Shown: positions 28,531 through 39,465, numbered from the stretch's first letter. The stretch: 64,000 nt of DNA from Bdellovibrionales bacterium (GCA_965217115.1 OZ244239.1:96001-160000), one strand, 5' to 3'. Notes: generated by a model not told the origin, from the sequence alone. Numbers and translations are program-made.

Positions 28531-28866
28531 TTACAGACTAAGATTATAAATGACAGACTTTATGCAGTTTTTATCTACAGTAGAAACGACTAATCTAATA
28601 CCAGTAACAGCGGGACTTACTGCAAATTTCTCAGTGATAATATTTGCCATGTAAGAGCAACCATCTGCTAATGGCGCCTCTTCATTTACAATAACCCTAA
28701 ATTCATAGGCAGTTCCAGTTACTTTAACGGAATTAACCAAATCCTCTCCTATGCTGTCAACAAAGGCACTGCTATTAAACGCAACTTGAAGAGCCTCTGC
28801 TTGAGTAAATGCAAAGCTAGTTGTCGAAAAAATTAAAATGACTGCCGTTAGTATGATCTTTTTCAT
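28531..28866 (-). CDS. Hypothetical small secreted protein
   Basis: GGAGG RBS, MKKIILTAVILIFSTTSFA| signal peptide, two Cys. Confidence 0.75.
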   Translation of the reverse strand: MKKIILTAVILIFSTTSFAFTQAEALQVAFNSSAFVDSIGEDLVNSVKVTGTAYEFRVIVNEEAPLADGCSYMANIITEKFAVSPAVTGIRLVVSTVDKNCIKSVIYNLSL

Positions 28867-29008
28867 AAATTCCTCCAATTAAATTTTATCCATTAACATT
28901 AAATAGATGACCACTAACATTCCTTCCCGCAAGTGAGCAAGAAATAATCTACTCAATACTAATGACAGAGTAATTTTTACAAAGCTTAACCCGCTTTTGT
29001 GCATGGGA

Positions 29009-31825
29009 TTAATAGGTGCGGAAGGAGATGAATCCAGTGTACTCTGTCTCGTGACGGCCTGAACCAGTGGGGTCTACCCTGCGATCTAGGTTATAAGCCA
29101 GATCTAGGACGAGGGCTCCAACGGGAGTTTTATAGCGAAGACCTACCCCAGCGGCATGGCGATAACTATCAGGAAACTTAAAGCCGGCAACTTGGACTGA
29201 GCCGCCATCATAAAAGAGTGTTCCTTCAACATCATTCCACAAAGGGTATCTAAGTTCTGATTTTAATAAATAAAAAGTGCTATGGGTTGTTAGTTTAAGG
29301 GATTCTCCTTCCTCTAATCCAAATTCAAATTGATTGTTGGGAAAACGATTCTTCGGTTCCAACCCACGTATTGTACTGCTTCCACCTAAGGTAAATCCTT
29401 TTGTGACGTAGGGGACGTAGCTATTTACATTTAGATTTTTTAAATAACCTCCTTGTATGGAGTTACTCCAGACAAGTTGACTATTATAAAAATTAGAATA
29501 GTGGATGAAAGATGCTGTTGAACGAATGTATGTGATACCAGAGGAGCTTCCAAGTATAGGGGTCCCGTATTCTACATGAAGATGACTTAATGTTCCAGCA
29601 GTGGCATAAATAGGATGATTTCGATAATCAAGTTCTATAGAAGGCCCTGTAAAGGCGATACGATTGATGACAGTGGGGTTCTTTTTTCCATTACTAACAC
29701 TAGATTCTTTGTTTTCGGAGATATCAATAAGATTCCATGAGCCTTTGATTTTTGAAGAGAAATACTGACTTAGAGAGAAGTTAATAGAGAGCTTTTCAAG
29801 AATGGTGTCAGCCTGGTCTTCAGGTAAACTTTGGGAATGTAACAAATAAACATGACCTCTCGTTCTTGAATTTAGAATGTATGGCTCTGTATAGCTAAGT
29901 CGAACCTTGCTTTGGGTAAAACCACTTCGCGTGTCATTACTTTGGTGTGTATTAATGATGCGATTTCCTTCAACTTTGAGTGTTGTAGAGCGTCCACTGC
30001 CTCCAATATTAAAATAAGAAGCTGTCATGAAACCACGTCCTGTGATTTCTCTTTCATTTGTTAAGCCAACACCAACAGTGAAGAGCCCAGGTAGACGTTC
30101 ATTGAGTTTCACTATAATAGTGCGTTCAGAGATCGAAGTGTTTTTCTCTAGCATACTGATACTAATGTTACGAAATAGACTTGTGCGACGTAAACGATTA
30201 ATAGATTCCTTTATTAAGTGGGGGGTTAATGTGTCACCTACTTTAAATTCTAATTCATTAAGGACAACTGGGATTTTTGTTTTCTTATTTCCTTCGATGA
30301 CAATGCGCTTAACAACAACACGAGGACCTTCGTAAAGATCAAATATGATGACCGCCTGTGAGCCATCTTCATTAAACTGAATTAAATTATCATGCCTATT
30401 AAGCAAGGACATTTCTAAATAGCCATTTTTTTTATAAAATTCAGAAATTTTTTGTAACGACGCCTCTAAGGCTTCTTTCATTAGAGGAGTGCCTTCTTTT
30501 ACTGAGAGAAGCATTTTTAAGCGTTCAGCCGTGTAGTTAGCATTATTCTTAAAATCAATTTCATTGACGTGTGTGATCTTACCTTCATAAAATGAAATAA
30601 AAATATCTACGGAATTTTTCTTCTTATTATATTGGACTCTCGAAGAGGAAATTTTAGCCTGTAGATAACCTTCATTTTGTAATTCTAGAATAAGATTACC
30701 GATACCGATATCGATGCCCTTACGATTGTAATAACGATTTTGAATAAGAGGGGAGCTGTGTTTGAGAATCAATTTCCTATAATAGGCTTCTTTTCTAGAA
30801 AAAGTCCCTTGGAAATTAAGAGTTCTAATTCTGATTTTGTGACCTTCATCTACCCTTATAAGGATAGTTTTAGTAAAGGCAGAGTTATTTGTTTTAAGAA
30901 GGGAATTTACTTTTACACGAGAATAGCCCCTTTTTAGGTAATACTCCTTAACTCTTACTGTTAAATCAGAGATGGAATTTTTATCTGCACGGTAGAAATT
31001 TTTAAATTTTATATTTTGTCTAATTTGGGAAGCGCTCTCTCTTTTATATCCCCTTATTGAGAGGCTATATGAGAAGGGGTCTTGTATTTTGTAGGTGATA
31101 AATGCTCTAGTCTTATTACTGGAATAGACTACCTTGGGCCCTAGAAGAGATGAACTAATATAATTTTCTTTCATAAAAAGCGCAATGATCCTCTGTCTTA
31201 CTTGAGATAGCTCTTTCTTACTAAAAGAACTGCCCAAGAAGGGGCGGGTGTTTTTTTCTAATTTCTGTTTTAGAACTTTATTCTCCGTATTTATATGTAT
31301 GCCAGAAATTTCACAGGGGGAGCCCTCGGAAATAGAATATGTGATGCTGATTTTGTCAAAAAACCTTTTCCCATAAGAGATACGAATTTGAGCATTGAGA
31401 TAACCGTTGTCTCTATAAAGTTTCCTCAACACCCTAATTGATTGTTCGGTATTCTTTTGATCGAATGAAGTGTCCTCTTTTATATCCAATGCGTCTCTTA
31501 AATCAGAGTTAGAAAAGTACTGGTTTCCATGTATAGAAATTTTATCAATTACTCTGATAGGAAATGCAGTTATAGTATTCAGAGGAGAGCCATTTGTGTT
31601 TTCTTTGTAGACAAAGACATTCTCAAACTTATTAGTTTTCATTAAATATCGAATTACTCTATCTAGATAAGAAGGGGAGAGTTTCTTGTTTTTTAACCTA
31701 GGAAATTTGGAGAAGAGTTCCTTCTTTATCTCCGAAGGGATACCAGTCATTTTGAGTTTTCCATAGGATTGGGAATTCATTAACATAAATACGGTTATAA
31801 ATATTAAATACCTATAGAAACCCAT
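29009..31825 (-). CDS. Omp85-family (TamA/BamA-like) protein with multiple POTRA domains
   Basis: Repeated POTRA motifs (GN.., Y...GY), GGSSTIRG, GVGLRYKTPVG...DLAY. Adjacent to a TamB-like gene. Confidence 0.9.
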   Translation of the reverse strand: MGFYRYLIFITVFMLMNSQSYGKLKMTGIPSEIKKELFSKFPRLKNKKLSPSYLDRVIRYLMKTNKFENVFVYKENTNGSPLNTITAFPIRVIDKISIHGNQYFSNSDLRDALDIKEDTSFDQKNTEQSIRVLRKLYRDNGYLNAQIRISYGKRFFDKISITYSISEGSPCEISGIHINTENKVLKQKLEKNTRPFLGSSFSKKELSQVRQRIIALFMKENYISSSLLGPKVVYSSNKTRAFITYKIQDPFSYSLSIRGYKRESASQIRQNIKFKNFYRADKNSISDLTVRVKEYYLKRGYSRVKVNSLLKTNNSAFTKTILIRVDEGHKIRIRTLNFQGTFSRKEAYYRKLILKHSSPLIQNRYYNRKGIDIGIGNLILELQNEGYLQAKISSSRVQYNKKKNSVDIFISFYEGKITHVNEIDFKNNANYTAERLKMLLSVKEGTPLMKEALEASLQKISEFYKKNGYLEMSLLNRHDNLIQFNEDGSQAVIIFDLYEGPRVVVKRIVIEGNKKTKIPVVLNELEFKVGDTLTPHLIKESINRLRRTSLFRNISISMLEKNTSISERTIIVKLNERLPGLFTVGVGLTNEREITGRGFMTASYFNIGGSGRSTTLKVEGNRIINTHQSNDTRSGFTQSKVRLSYTEPYILNSRTRGHVYLLHSQSLPEDQADTILEKLSINFSLSQYFSSKIKGSWNLIDISENKESSVSNGKKNPTVINRIAFTGPSIELDYRNHPIYATAGTLSHLHVEYGTPILGSSSGITYIRSTASFIHYSNFYNSQLVWSNSIQGGYLKNLNVNSYVPYVTKGFTLGGSSTIRGLEPKNRFPNNQFEFGLEEGESLKLTTHSTFYLLKSELRYPLWNDVEGTLFYDGGSVQVAGFKFPDSYRHAAGVGLRYKTPVGALVLDLAYNLDRRVDPTGSGRHETEYTGFISFRTY

Positions 31826-34800
31826 TACTCAAACTCTACTTTGTATTCAATATCAAAGCCAACAATATTCTTATCATCATCATCATTGTCATCAGTGATA
31901 GTATCATTGTTTTTGTTATCAATACTGCCTTTAAGGAAAAGGTTGCTGTTAATACGGTAGTTAGCATTAAAGTTAAAACCTCTTTTTTCATTGATAGAAA
32001 CAGATAAGTTAGTCTTTTTGCCTAATTGCTTAGAGAATGTAGCTTCAGGGACTGCTTGATTAGATTTGTTAATAAAGGATGAAAATTCGACATTGACTCC
32101 CAATTGTTTTTTGATTTCTTTACTAATAGGATTCTTAGTGAGAATAGATGAGCCCAATCGCCATGTTGATTGGACTGCTTGATTGCCAGAATCGATCTCT
32201 TCATTTAACTTCTCTGATGTGATACCAAAGGCTAGAAGAGAGACAATATCCTCGTCAGATAATTCTGGGTTACTTTTAAGAGTAACGATAGGATCATTGA
32301 GATAGCCTTGTACATCAAGATCAATGGTATAATCTTTTAAATGGGCATTGGCCTCTAAGGTAATATTAGGATTGATTTTCTTCTTTCTTTGGAAAGAGAG
32401 AGTGCCATGAATAATATCAAATGGGATATCACGAAAGAGCAATTGACTATGGGGCTCTAATTGAAGATCACCTTGAAGTTGAGGATGTTGAAGACTTCCA
32501 TAAACGTCTAACTGCCCCTTGATCTTTCCTTGTATTTCATCGGTCTTAACGACAACAGAATTAGGTATTTTTAGTTTGAGATTAAAAACAAGAGAAGATG
32601 AGTCATTATTAAAAATTTTAGGTAGGAATTGATTCCGTTCAATGTAATTAGTTTTTTTGGCCGTGTTCATAAATTTTTGGGAAACTGAGCCATGGTTTAT
32701 TTTATAATTACCGGATAATAGATAGGGAAACCATTGCCCTGTAAATTTAAGTTGACCAGTCCCAGTTGTTTTGATTCCTTTTGGTATTTCGATGTGGGTA
32801 TTTTCGGTATGGATGTTGATATTAATGGGAATGTTTTTGTAACCGTTGAGATCAATATCTCCCTCTCCCCAGATCTGTCCACTATTAAGTTGAGATTTAA
32901 GTGAATTTATAATAATTTTTTTTTGATTAAATAATAAATCTGCTCGAATTTCTTTAAATGTTTCAGTCAGAGTGTGTAGCTTGAGGTATCCTCCATCGAT
33001 AAAAGCAGAGCCAAAGACTCTAGGCTTCAATATGGGGCCTTTGGTGCTGAAGGACATAGATAAAGGCCCACCAATTTCATCAGTAAAGGGGAGAAAAATT
33101 TGCAGAAGATGCAAGTCTGTTTTTCCATTGAAGTTCACATGGAAATATTTTTCCGAAATATTTTTTCCAGTAATATTGAGGAAGCTCTCTTTACCCTTGA
33201 GGGAGAAATTTTCAATATCAATTTTACCTTTATTGAAGATAAATCGGATGGGTTTCGTGTGCGTAGCACTGAGGCGTCCTCGCTTGATGAAGACTTTATT
33301 AATAGTGACATCGCCAGATGAAGTCCAAAAGCCGCCAGACTTAGAAGAGAGTCTAAACTCTGATGTTAATTCCCCTTGGTACTCTTGATGGAGGGAGTGG
33401 GTATTAAAGAATGAGAGAAAACGAGTGTAATTCCAGCGGTTGGTATTAACGTTCAATAAGAAAGGTTGGCCTTTTAATAGAGGATAGCGAAAGCGGCCCT
33501 CAAGTGTATCGGCAAAGAGATTAAAATCTCCAGAGAACTCTTTATCATTGATATTCAAATTAAAATCTGAATCAGAAAACGTCTTATCATTGATAGTTAA
33601 AGATTTAATCTGCCCATAAGACTTGTATTTAGGTTGGGTGACATCACCAGTTAGTTGAGTTGTTGATAGTAGAGAGCCATTTATGTTTTGTCTTACCTGG
33701 CTAATAACATCTGAATCTTCTAAGAAAAAGGGATGTGAAATAATTTTTAGATCTATGGGGCCTCTGTGGTCTAGAGATCCGATAATTTTTATTCGAGAGT
33801 CTCTTTTTTTAAATTCTATATTTTGTACCTCTGAGACACCATTGAGCGCCTTGATATCGATGAGTGCTTGATCATAGGTCTCTATACCTATACTGCCTCG
33901 ATTTAGAACACCTTTCATTTGGTAAGAGAGTTTTTTTATATCTAGTGGTCCGTTGGCTGAAATTTTTCCATGACCTATGCCAAAGATACGAACTGGTATT
34001 GGTAAGATACGTTGTGTTAATTGTTGAATATCTTGAGCTTCTAAATAAGGGAAAGACAGTTGAGAATTAAAAATAGATGTAGATGTATTGAACTTGAAAA
34101 AACCATTGTACAATGTTTGGCCTTGTTTTCCTGAGATATTCTCTAAACTAAGGGACCCATCTCTATACCTTATATTTGTACCTATTTTACCTAAGAAATA
34201 ATTTTTAAGCCAAATATCTCGGCCTATTAAGTCGATGCTTGCGCGTCCCCACTTAAGGGTTCCTTGGGTTTTCCCTGTGATACGAGCAGAGCCTTTAAGA
34301 TTTAAGCCTGAAATATTTTGAATATCCGAGAATAGAAGGCGTGGAGATGCATACTTTATGGAAAACCCTTTATCGTAATCAATGGATCCAGAAGAAGTCC
34401 CTTTGCTCTCTTTTAGAGCAATATCCGCAGAATAGGTGACTTTTTGCAAAGAAATATTAACATCTCCTTCTGCCTGCAGTTGCTCAATATCAACAATATT
34501 AGGAGAAGAGGTAGAGACAGATTTTACAGAGAGATTCTTTGCAGTGATTTTAGCAGAACATTTTATTTGTAATCGAGGATAAACTTCACCTAGACATGGT
34601 ACTTGGCCATTTAAATTTGCTTTTACAAATGAATGACGAACTCCTAGAGAGGCCAAGAGCCGATTAAGCTCTATTTGCTTAATCTTTCCAAAAGTTGATA
34701 TTTGGTATTTAGAATCATTCATGTTGATAGTTGTATTTTCAAGAAGAAGATCTCCAGAAGAGTTTTTTATTTTGGTTTCTTTTAAAAAGATAGACTCATT

Positions 34801-35787
34801 GTTTAGGCTCCCTATGATGTCAACTTGGCCGAGTTCATAATGCTTAATGTATGCACTTTGAATTTTCCCATGAAATTTTGAGGTGAACTCTTTATAGGGA
34901 AGAGAGAGCTGTGCTGATAGATCAATGCGGCCTTTTAATTTCGCTATACTTGTCCCTTTAAATAGAAGCTGAACAAATGTTCGCAATTGAGACAGATCAA
35001 CAGAGGATTCAAGATTAAATTTGCCGTTAATATCCTTTAGAGGGAAGGGCAGCCCGTTTAATGTACCATTTAGATTAATATGATTATTTTTTGAATAGAG
35101 ATAGAATTTTTTTAGGGCCGTGCCTTTGCTAGAGAAATCTAGGGATAATTTAGAGCCAAAACTAAGCTGCTTGCCCTTTTTATGGGGTTTATATTGAAAA
35201 GACCGGGAAAAAAGATAGAGCCCTAATTTATTAGACCTTTTTTTGATAGTTAATACCGTGGAAGAACTCTTAAGTGATTTACCTTTATATGTACTATAAA
35301 ATTCACCGCCTTCAATGGTAAGAGTGTTAAAAGGGAGTGAGAGAGCTTGTTTCATATAACGATCTATTGTCTTTTTTGAGGAGTAAACATTCTCTGAGTG
35401 AGATTCATTTTTTAGTAAACCGTCTATCTTAATTTTAAGATTGGGTTCTTGAATGATAATACTTGAAATTCTGAGTTTAAACTGGAGAAGTGAAAAAATG
35501 TTAGGAGTGATGATCACAGAGTTAATGCTTGTAATATCAATTGAGTTTTTAATTTTCTCAGGGAGAGAGATATTGATACCGCTAATCTTTAAACCTAATG
35601 GAAAGATACTTAAAGAAGCCCTCTCAGCCAGGACATTAACTGATAGATAGCGTTTGCCGATGGAGCTAATTTTAGTGAGAGCTAAAGATTGAAGATAGGG
35701 CGTATAATGTGTAGTCGTAATTCCTATTAATGCAACGAGTGCGCTGGCAGAAATGATTTTTTTTAAATTATTTTTTAAAAAATTCAT
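31825..35787 (-). CDS. TamB/AsmA-like protein with a DUF490-type C-terminus
   Basis: 1320 aa, beta-rich, N-terminal anchor, LKSNPELSDEDIVSLLAFG, ends IEYKVEFE. Confidence 0.85.
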   Translation of the reverse strand: MNFLKNNLKKIISASALVALIGITTTHYTPYLQSLALTKISSIGKRYLSVNVLAERASLSIFPLGLKISGINISLPEKIKNSIDITSINSVIITPNIFSLLQFKLRISSIIIQEPNLKIKIDGLLKNESHSENVYSSKKTIDRYMKQALSLPFNTLTIEGGEFYSTYKGKSLKSSSTVLTIKKRSNKLGLYLFSRSFQYKPHKKGKQLSFGSKLSLDFSSKGTALKKFYLYSKNNHINLNGTLNGLPFPLKDINGKFNLESSVDLSQLRTFVQLLFKGTSIAKLKGRIDLSAQLSLPYKEFTSKFHGKIQSAYIKHYELGQVDIIGSLNNESIFLKETKIKNSSGDLLLENTTINMNDSKYQISTFGKIKQIELNRLLASLGVRHSFVKANLNGQVPCLGEVYPRLQIKCSAKITAKNLSVKSVSTSSPNIVDIEQLQAEGDVNISLQKVTYSADIALKESKGTSSGSIDYDKGFSIKYASPRLLFSDIQNISGLNLKGSARITGKTQGTLKWGRASIDLIGRDIWLKNYFLGKIGTNIRYRDGSLSLENISGKQGQTLYNGFFKFNTSTSIFNSQLSFPYLEAQDIQQLTQRILPIPVRIFGIGHGKISANGPLDIKKLSYQMKGVLNRGSIGIETYDQALIDIKALNGVSEVQNIEFKKRDSRIKIIGSLDHRGPIDLKIISHPFFLEDSDVISQVRQNINGSLLSTTQLTGDVTQPKYKSYGQIKSLTINDKTFSDSDFNLNINDKEFSGDFNLFADTLEGRFRYPLLKGQPFLLNVNTNRWNYTRFLSFFNTHSLHQEYQGELTSEFRLSSKSGGFWTSSGDVTINKVFIKRGRLSATHTKPIRFIFNKGKIDIENFSLKGKESFLNITGKNISEKYFHVNFNGKTDLHLLQIFLPFTDEIGGPLSMSFSTKGPILKPRVFGSAFIDGGYLKLHTLTETFKEIRADLLFNQKKIIINSLKSQLNSGQIWGEGDIDLNGYKNIPININIHTENTHIEIPKGIKTTGTGQLKFTGQWFPYLLSGNYKINHGSVSQKFMNTAKKTNYIERNQFLPKIFNNDSSSLVFNLKLKIPNSVVVKTDEIQGKIKGQLDVYGSLQHPQLQGDLQLEPHSQLLFRDIPFDIIHGTLSFQRKKKINPNITLEANAHLKDYTIDLDVQGYLNDPIVTLKSNPELSDEDIVSLLAFGITSEKLNEEIDSGNQAVQSTWRLGSSILTKNPISKEIKKQLGVNVEFSSFINKSNQAVPEATFSKQLGKKTNLSVSINEKRGFNFNANYRINSNLFLKGSIDNKNNDTITDDNDDDDKNIVGFDIEYKVEFE

Positions 35788-36869
35788 TTTGTCGGCCCAG
35801 ACAGTTTAAATAAGAGAGCTTGAGCATTTCTGTAATGTGGACGTAACTTCACAATTCCTCTGAGTATGGAAATGGCCTTTTCTTTTTGTCCTATACCTTC
35901 CATTGCCCTTGCCCGTCCGTAGCTGATAGCAAACATTGTATCAGGATTTTCAGAGTATTTCTCTTCTATTTTTTCTAAATGGGCTAGGGCATCAATCTCA
36001 CGGTGACAATCTAAGTAAAGCTCAAGAAGAAGCCAGTAGTAACTATGATTAGTTTTGAGATCATGATTGGGCATAAACTCCTCAAGCAGTTTTAAAGCCA
36101 TTTGAGAATCATCCATCTGCTGTAGCATGATGGCAAAATTTAATATTTGAGAGGTCAAATGAGCTTTATGCTTCTCCTTGTTTAGCTGTTCTTTCATTTG
36201 TATGAAGAGAGATTTGGCCATTTCGATATCTGTCTCTGTCTGGGTAGAGGAATCCCGTTCTATTTGTTTCCATTTAGCGGAGTGAACTTTTTCTCCGAGA
36301 ATTTTTCTCGCCCAACGTTCTTTATAAATGACATCTTCTTTAGAATTTTCTGTGTCCTTAGGGAAGAGACGTGCCCATTTTTTTAGAATAGCCTCTTCCT
36401 GTTCGAGTATTTGTTGAGTACGAGCGATGTCCAACTCTTCTCTGAGCAGTTGTTTTTTACTTTTGTATTGTAAATATCGGTCTTCTTCCTGTCTTTGACG
36501 AATGTCGATTAAATCGTCACAGAAGCTATCCAGTTCTTTTATCTGAGAGAGTGTTTCTATGGCCTTCCTCTCCTTTGCTCCTTTGACGAGTGCCCTTAAA
36601 AATTTTTCCTTATCATCATCAAGGCCTTCAGAGATGGCCATTGCCAGTTGTGGCCAAGGAACAGGGCGTTTTCTTCTTATGGCATAAACACCGTTAGACA
36701 GGAGAGTGGGAAAGAATCCGCAATTAAATAGGAATGATGCAACTTGAGTGACTTCCTGAGCTTCAAAATCACCTCTTTGCCATTGTTTAGTAAGAGCATC
36801 GGCAACAATGTAAGGGTCTCCCATTTCATGGAGTAATTGATGAATCTTCATTTCGATGGATTGTGACAA
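35784..36869 (-). CDS. TPR-containing protein
   Basis: C-terminal TPR pattern (YGRARAMEGIGQKEKAISIL...PHYRNA). Overlaps the TamB-like start by 4 bp. Confidence 0.75.
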   Translation of the reverse strand: MSQSIEMKIHQLLHEMGDPYIVADALTKQWQRGDFEAQEVTQVASFLFNCGFFPTLLSNGVYAIRRKRPVPWPQLAMAISEGLDDDKEKFLRALVKGAKERKAIETLSQIKELDSFCDDLIDIRQRQEEDRYLQYKSKKQLLREELDIARTQQILEQEEAILKKWARLFPKDTENSKEDVIYKERWARKILGEKVHSAKWKQIERDSSTQTETDIEMAKSLFIQMKEQLNKEKHKAHLTSQILNFAIMLQQMDDSQMALKLLEEFMPNHDLKTNHSYYWLLLELYLDCHREIDALAHLEKIEEKYSENPDTMFAISYGRARAMEGIGQKEKAISILRGIVKLRPHYRNAQALLFKLSGPTK

Positions 36870-37006
36870 TGCCCCTCCAGATGTCTTAACTTATTTTAAG
36901 CCTCTTTATGGAAAAAATGAAGGTTCTTTGAAAGCATTTTAAGGAGTTAGACCCTGTCTAATGCGGTGAGTCGCTCACATTGTAAGCCCTCCCATCAATC
37001 TGGAGT

Positions 37007-37374
37007 GGTTCTTTGTGATAAATAGTGGAACTGTTCCCAAGAGACCCATCTTGAGGGCTCTCTTTCTAAAACTATCCATGGATAACAGCGTTGTCATACA
37101 TGGAGGTCAGTCATAGAAAGAGATCCATTGACCCATTGATTGAATACGGCCTTTTTTTCTAGAGTCTCTCCCAAAAGAATCCAGTTCTTTTCGGCGAGTT
37201 TGGCTTGGCGACTTCCATTGCATTTCCTTGCAATGGAAGGTGACAAACGGATGTTTGAGCAAGAAAAGGGCTGGATTCTTTTGGGAGAGACTCTAGAAAA
37301 AAAACGGGTCATCAGAAAAAAACTGGCTCCACTATTGTTTGTCATAAAGAACTTATTGTTTGTCATAAAGAATC
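37007..37374. mobile_element. MITE copy 1 (368 bp) with 8-bp target-site duplication
   Basis: TCTGGAGT at 36999-37006 and 37375-37382. Imperfect TIRs GGTTCTTTGTGATAAATAGTGG / CCACTATTGTTTGTCATAAAGAA. Homologous to 45311-45832. Confidence 0.88.
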
Positions 37375-37529
37375 TCTGGAGTCTTGGGAAAGTGACAATT
37401 TGGGGCTGTCGAGGGTAGTTTCTTCAAAATAAATATCTGGAGAAGAAATGTCACGGTTTTGAACTGGTATTGAGACTGCATAGTATTGGGAGTTGGAACT
37501 ATTTCTAGAGAGTCTTTGGAGGAAAAACA

Positions 37530-38369
37530 ATGGGAGCTTTTGGTAGAGCGTTTATTCTGATATTGCTTCTTATGGGCTGTAGTCGTCAGGCACAGGAGAC
37601 TGAATTTAGTGATTTGTATTATCTTATTGATTTAAATAGATATGAGGAAGCAATGAGAAAAAATGACTCTCTGATCTCAAAGTATCCGGAGAATGAAGAC
37701 TTACGAGTCATAAAGGCATCTATCTATGCGTCTCAGGCCAAATTGTCCATATGGGATTTTAAGGAGTTTAGTCTGACCTATTCTGAAACAGAAGATATAC
37801 CTAAGACGGGCGAATCGTCTTCTTCGTTAAAGCTCCTTTTAGAAAGAGTTGAAAAGCTTGGTATTAATAGGAAAGACCTTGGAGCATTTAAAAAATTCAT
37901 CAAGGATCTGGAATTCATTGAAAGAGAAAAAAATAGGTTTAGCTCATTGCCTAAATTTTCTTATGATCAGCAAATATATTTAAATCAAGCCACCTCTTAC
38001 CTAAGAGGGGTGTCTCTAAAGAAGAAAGAAAATCGACTCTATCGCGTCATTTTAGAAATGCTAAATTTACGTTATGAATTATCTAACAAGCCTTATTTTA
38101 ATTCCAGCTACATCATGGAGATAAGATGTGTTGAGAAAATCAATATCGTGGCCGTGAACTTTGTCAGGGTTTTTGATCAATTATTAAGAATCATTGGTGA
38201 TTTACGTCAAATTACTCCCGGAAAAGAGAAGGACCTCTCCCACTTTAAGGGGGCGTTGGAAAAAGGCAAAGAGAGTATTAGCCAGTGGAAGAGGGAGATC
38301 ACTAGAGATGGGGGACTTTTGAAGCAGTTTTTTCTTGATAGTAACAAGTCTGGGAAGCGGTGCTTATAG
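37530..38369 (+). CDS. Hypothetical lipoprotein, N-terminal TPR-like
   Basis: Lipobox LMG|C, GGAGG RBS. Confidence 0.75.
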   Translation: MGAFGRAFILILLLMGCSRQAQETEFSDLYYLIDLNRYEEAMRKNDSLISKYPENEDLRVIKASIYASQAKLSIWDFKEFSLTYSETEDIPKTGESSSSLKLLLERVEKLGINRKDLGAFKKFIKDLEFIEREKNRFSSLPKFSYDQQIYLNQATSYLRGVSLKKKENRLYRVILEMLNLRYELSNKPYFNSSYIMEIRCVEKINIVAVNFVRVFDQLLRIIGDLRQITPGKEKDLSHFKGALEKGKESISQWKREITRDGGLLKQFFLDSNKSGKRCL

Positions 38370-39397
38370 TGAGAATCCTATTACGATTATTTTTTATAAA
38401 TCTTCTCTGTGCCAATCAAATAATGGGGCAGGAGTTGATTAGTGAGATTCCAGGTCATTTACAAAAGCCTGCTTCCTCGCCCTGTGGATTATCTACGAAT
38501 TCCTTGTACTGGCTTCCCTGTAAGAGCTTTCTCTTAGGAGAGCCTCGCCAGACCCATGGGGGAATGAATTTACTTTTTGGCGGAGACATTAACTCCCTAC
38601 CTGCTCTCATTCGATTGACCGAAGGAAAGGCATCTCCCAGGGATATTCTTGATCTTATCGATGAAAAAGAGCGATACGATCTCTATACTGATGTGAGTTT
38701 TAGCTTGATAGGTACAAATTACGGGTTTTCTTTCACCCCCTATAGAGCGAGACTCTTCTCTAAAACAACGAATCTCGCATTGCCACGATTGATATTATTT
38801 TCTCTATTAGAGAGAGAGTTGAATTTGCAGACGGGCACCTATCTTTGGGGCGACTGGTATGGAGGGTTGGAGTTAAGACTCATTGAGACGAAAGTGCTTA
38901 GAGCAGATGTGCCTCTCTTAGGAGTGATTGTCAATGATGAGTTAGAAGAGAGACTCTCTACCGAGACTCAAAAAGGAATTTATTTTAATCCTAGTTTATT
39001 CTATGAATGGGAAAAAATCCAGGGGAAGCCTGGATTATTTTTAGAGGCACACGGACTGGGCTTTGTTAATAAACCTATTTCTGATTGGTCACGACCCATA
39101 GAGATCGTTGCGGGCGTGAAGGGGCAACTGACACTCTTCTCTGGTATACTAGACGTTTCTTTTCAGCACAGAGGTTATCCTCGGGGTGAAGATTACGTGG
39201 ATAGTTTTGACTTTGACTGGAGCTATAGTTACGGCGAGCTGGGCTTTTATGGCTCCCATGATAGGTATCGCTGGCAAGTAGGGGGAGATTGGCGCCGTGG
39301 ATTTTGGCAGACGGGTCTGAGTTTTTTAGAAGAGGACTTTGGGGGCTTCATAGGCCAGCGTCAGACTATTCTGTGGCGGTATGGAGTCTTTTTTTAA
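38360..39397 (+). CDS. Hypothetical protein, probable outer membrane beta-barrel
   Basis: Signal-like N-terminus, alternating aromatic/Gly strands, ends YGVFF. Confidence 0.6.
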   Translation: MLIVRILLRLFFINLLCANQIMGQELISEIPGHLQKPASSPCGLSTNSLYWLPCKSFLLGEPRQTHGGMNLLFGGDINSLPALIRLTEGKASPRDILDLIDEKERYDLYTDVSFSLIGTNYGFSFTPYRARLFSKTTNLALPRLILFSLLERELNLQTGTYLWGDWYGGLELRLIETKVLRADVPLLGVIVNDELEERLSTETQKGIYFNPSLFYEWEKIQGKPGLFLEAHGLGFVNKPISDWSRPIEIVAGVKGQLTLFSGILDVSFQHRGYPRGEDYVDSFDFDWSYSYGELGFYGSHDRYRWQVGGDWRRGFWQTGLSFLEEDFGGFIGQRQTILWRYGVFF

Positions 39398-39465
39398 GAT
39401 TACTTAAGGTGCCTTGCTTAAAGCCGGAAATTAAGCAAGAATACTCTTCATAGTTTAGAAGGAGG

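Noticed and set aside
37094..37418. ORFs 37094-37366 (-) and 37140-37418 (+)
   Set aside because: Mirror-image products of the MITE palindrome with no transposase motifs.
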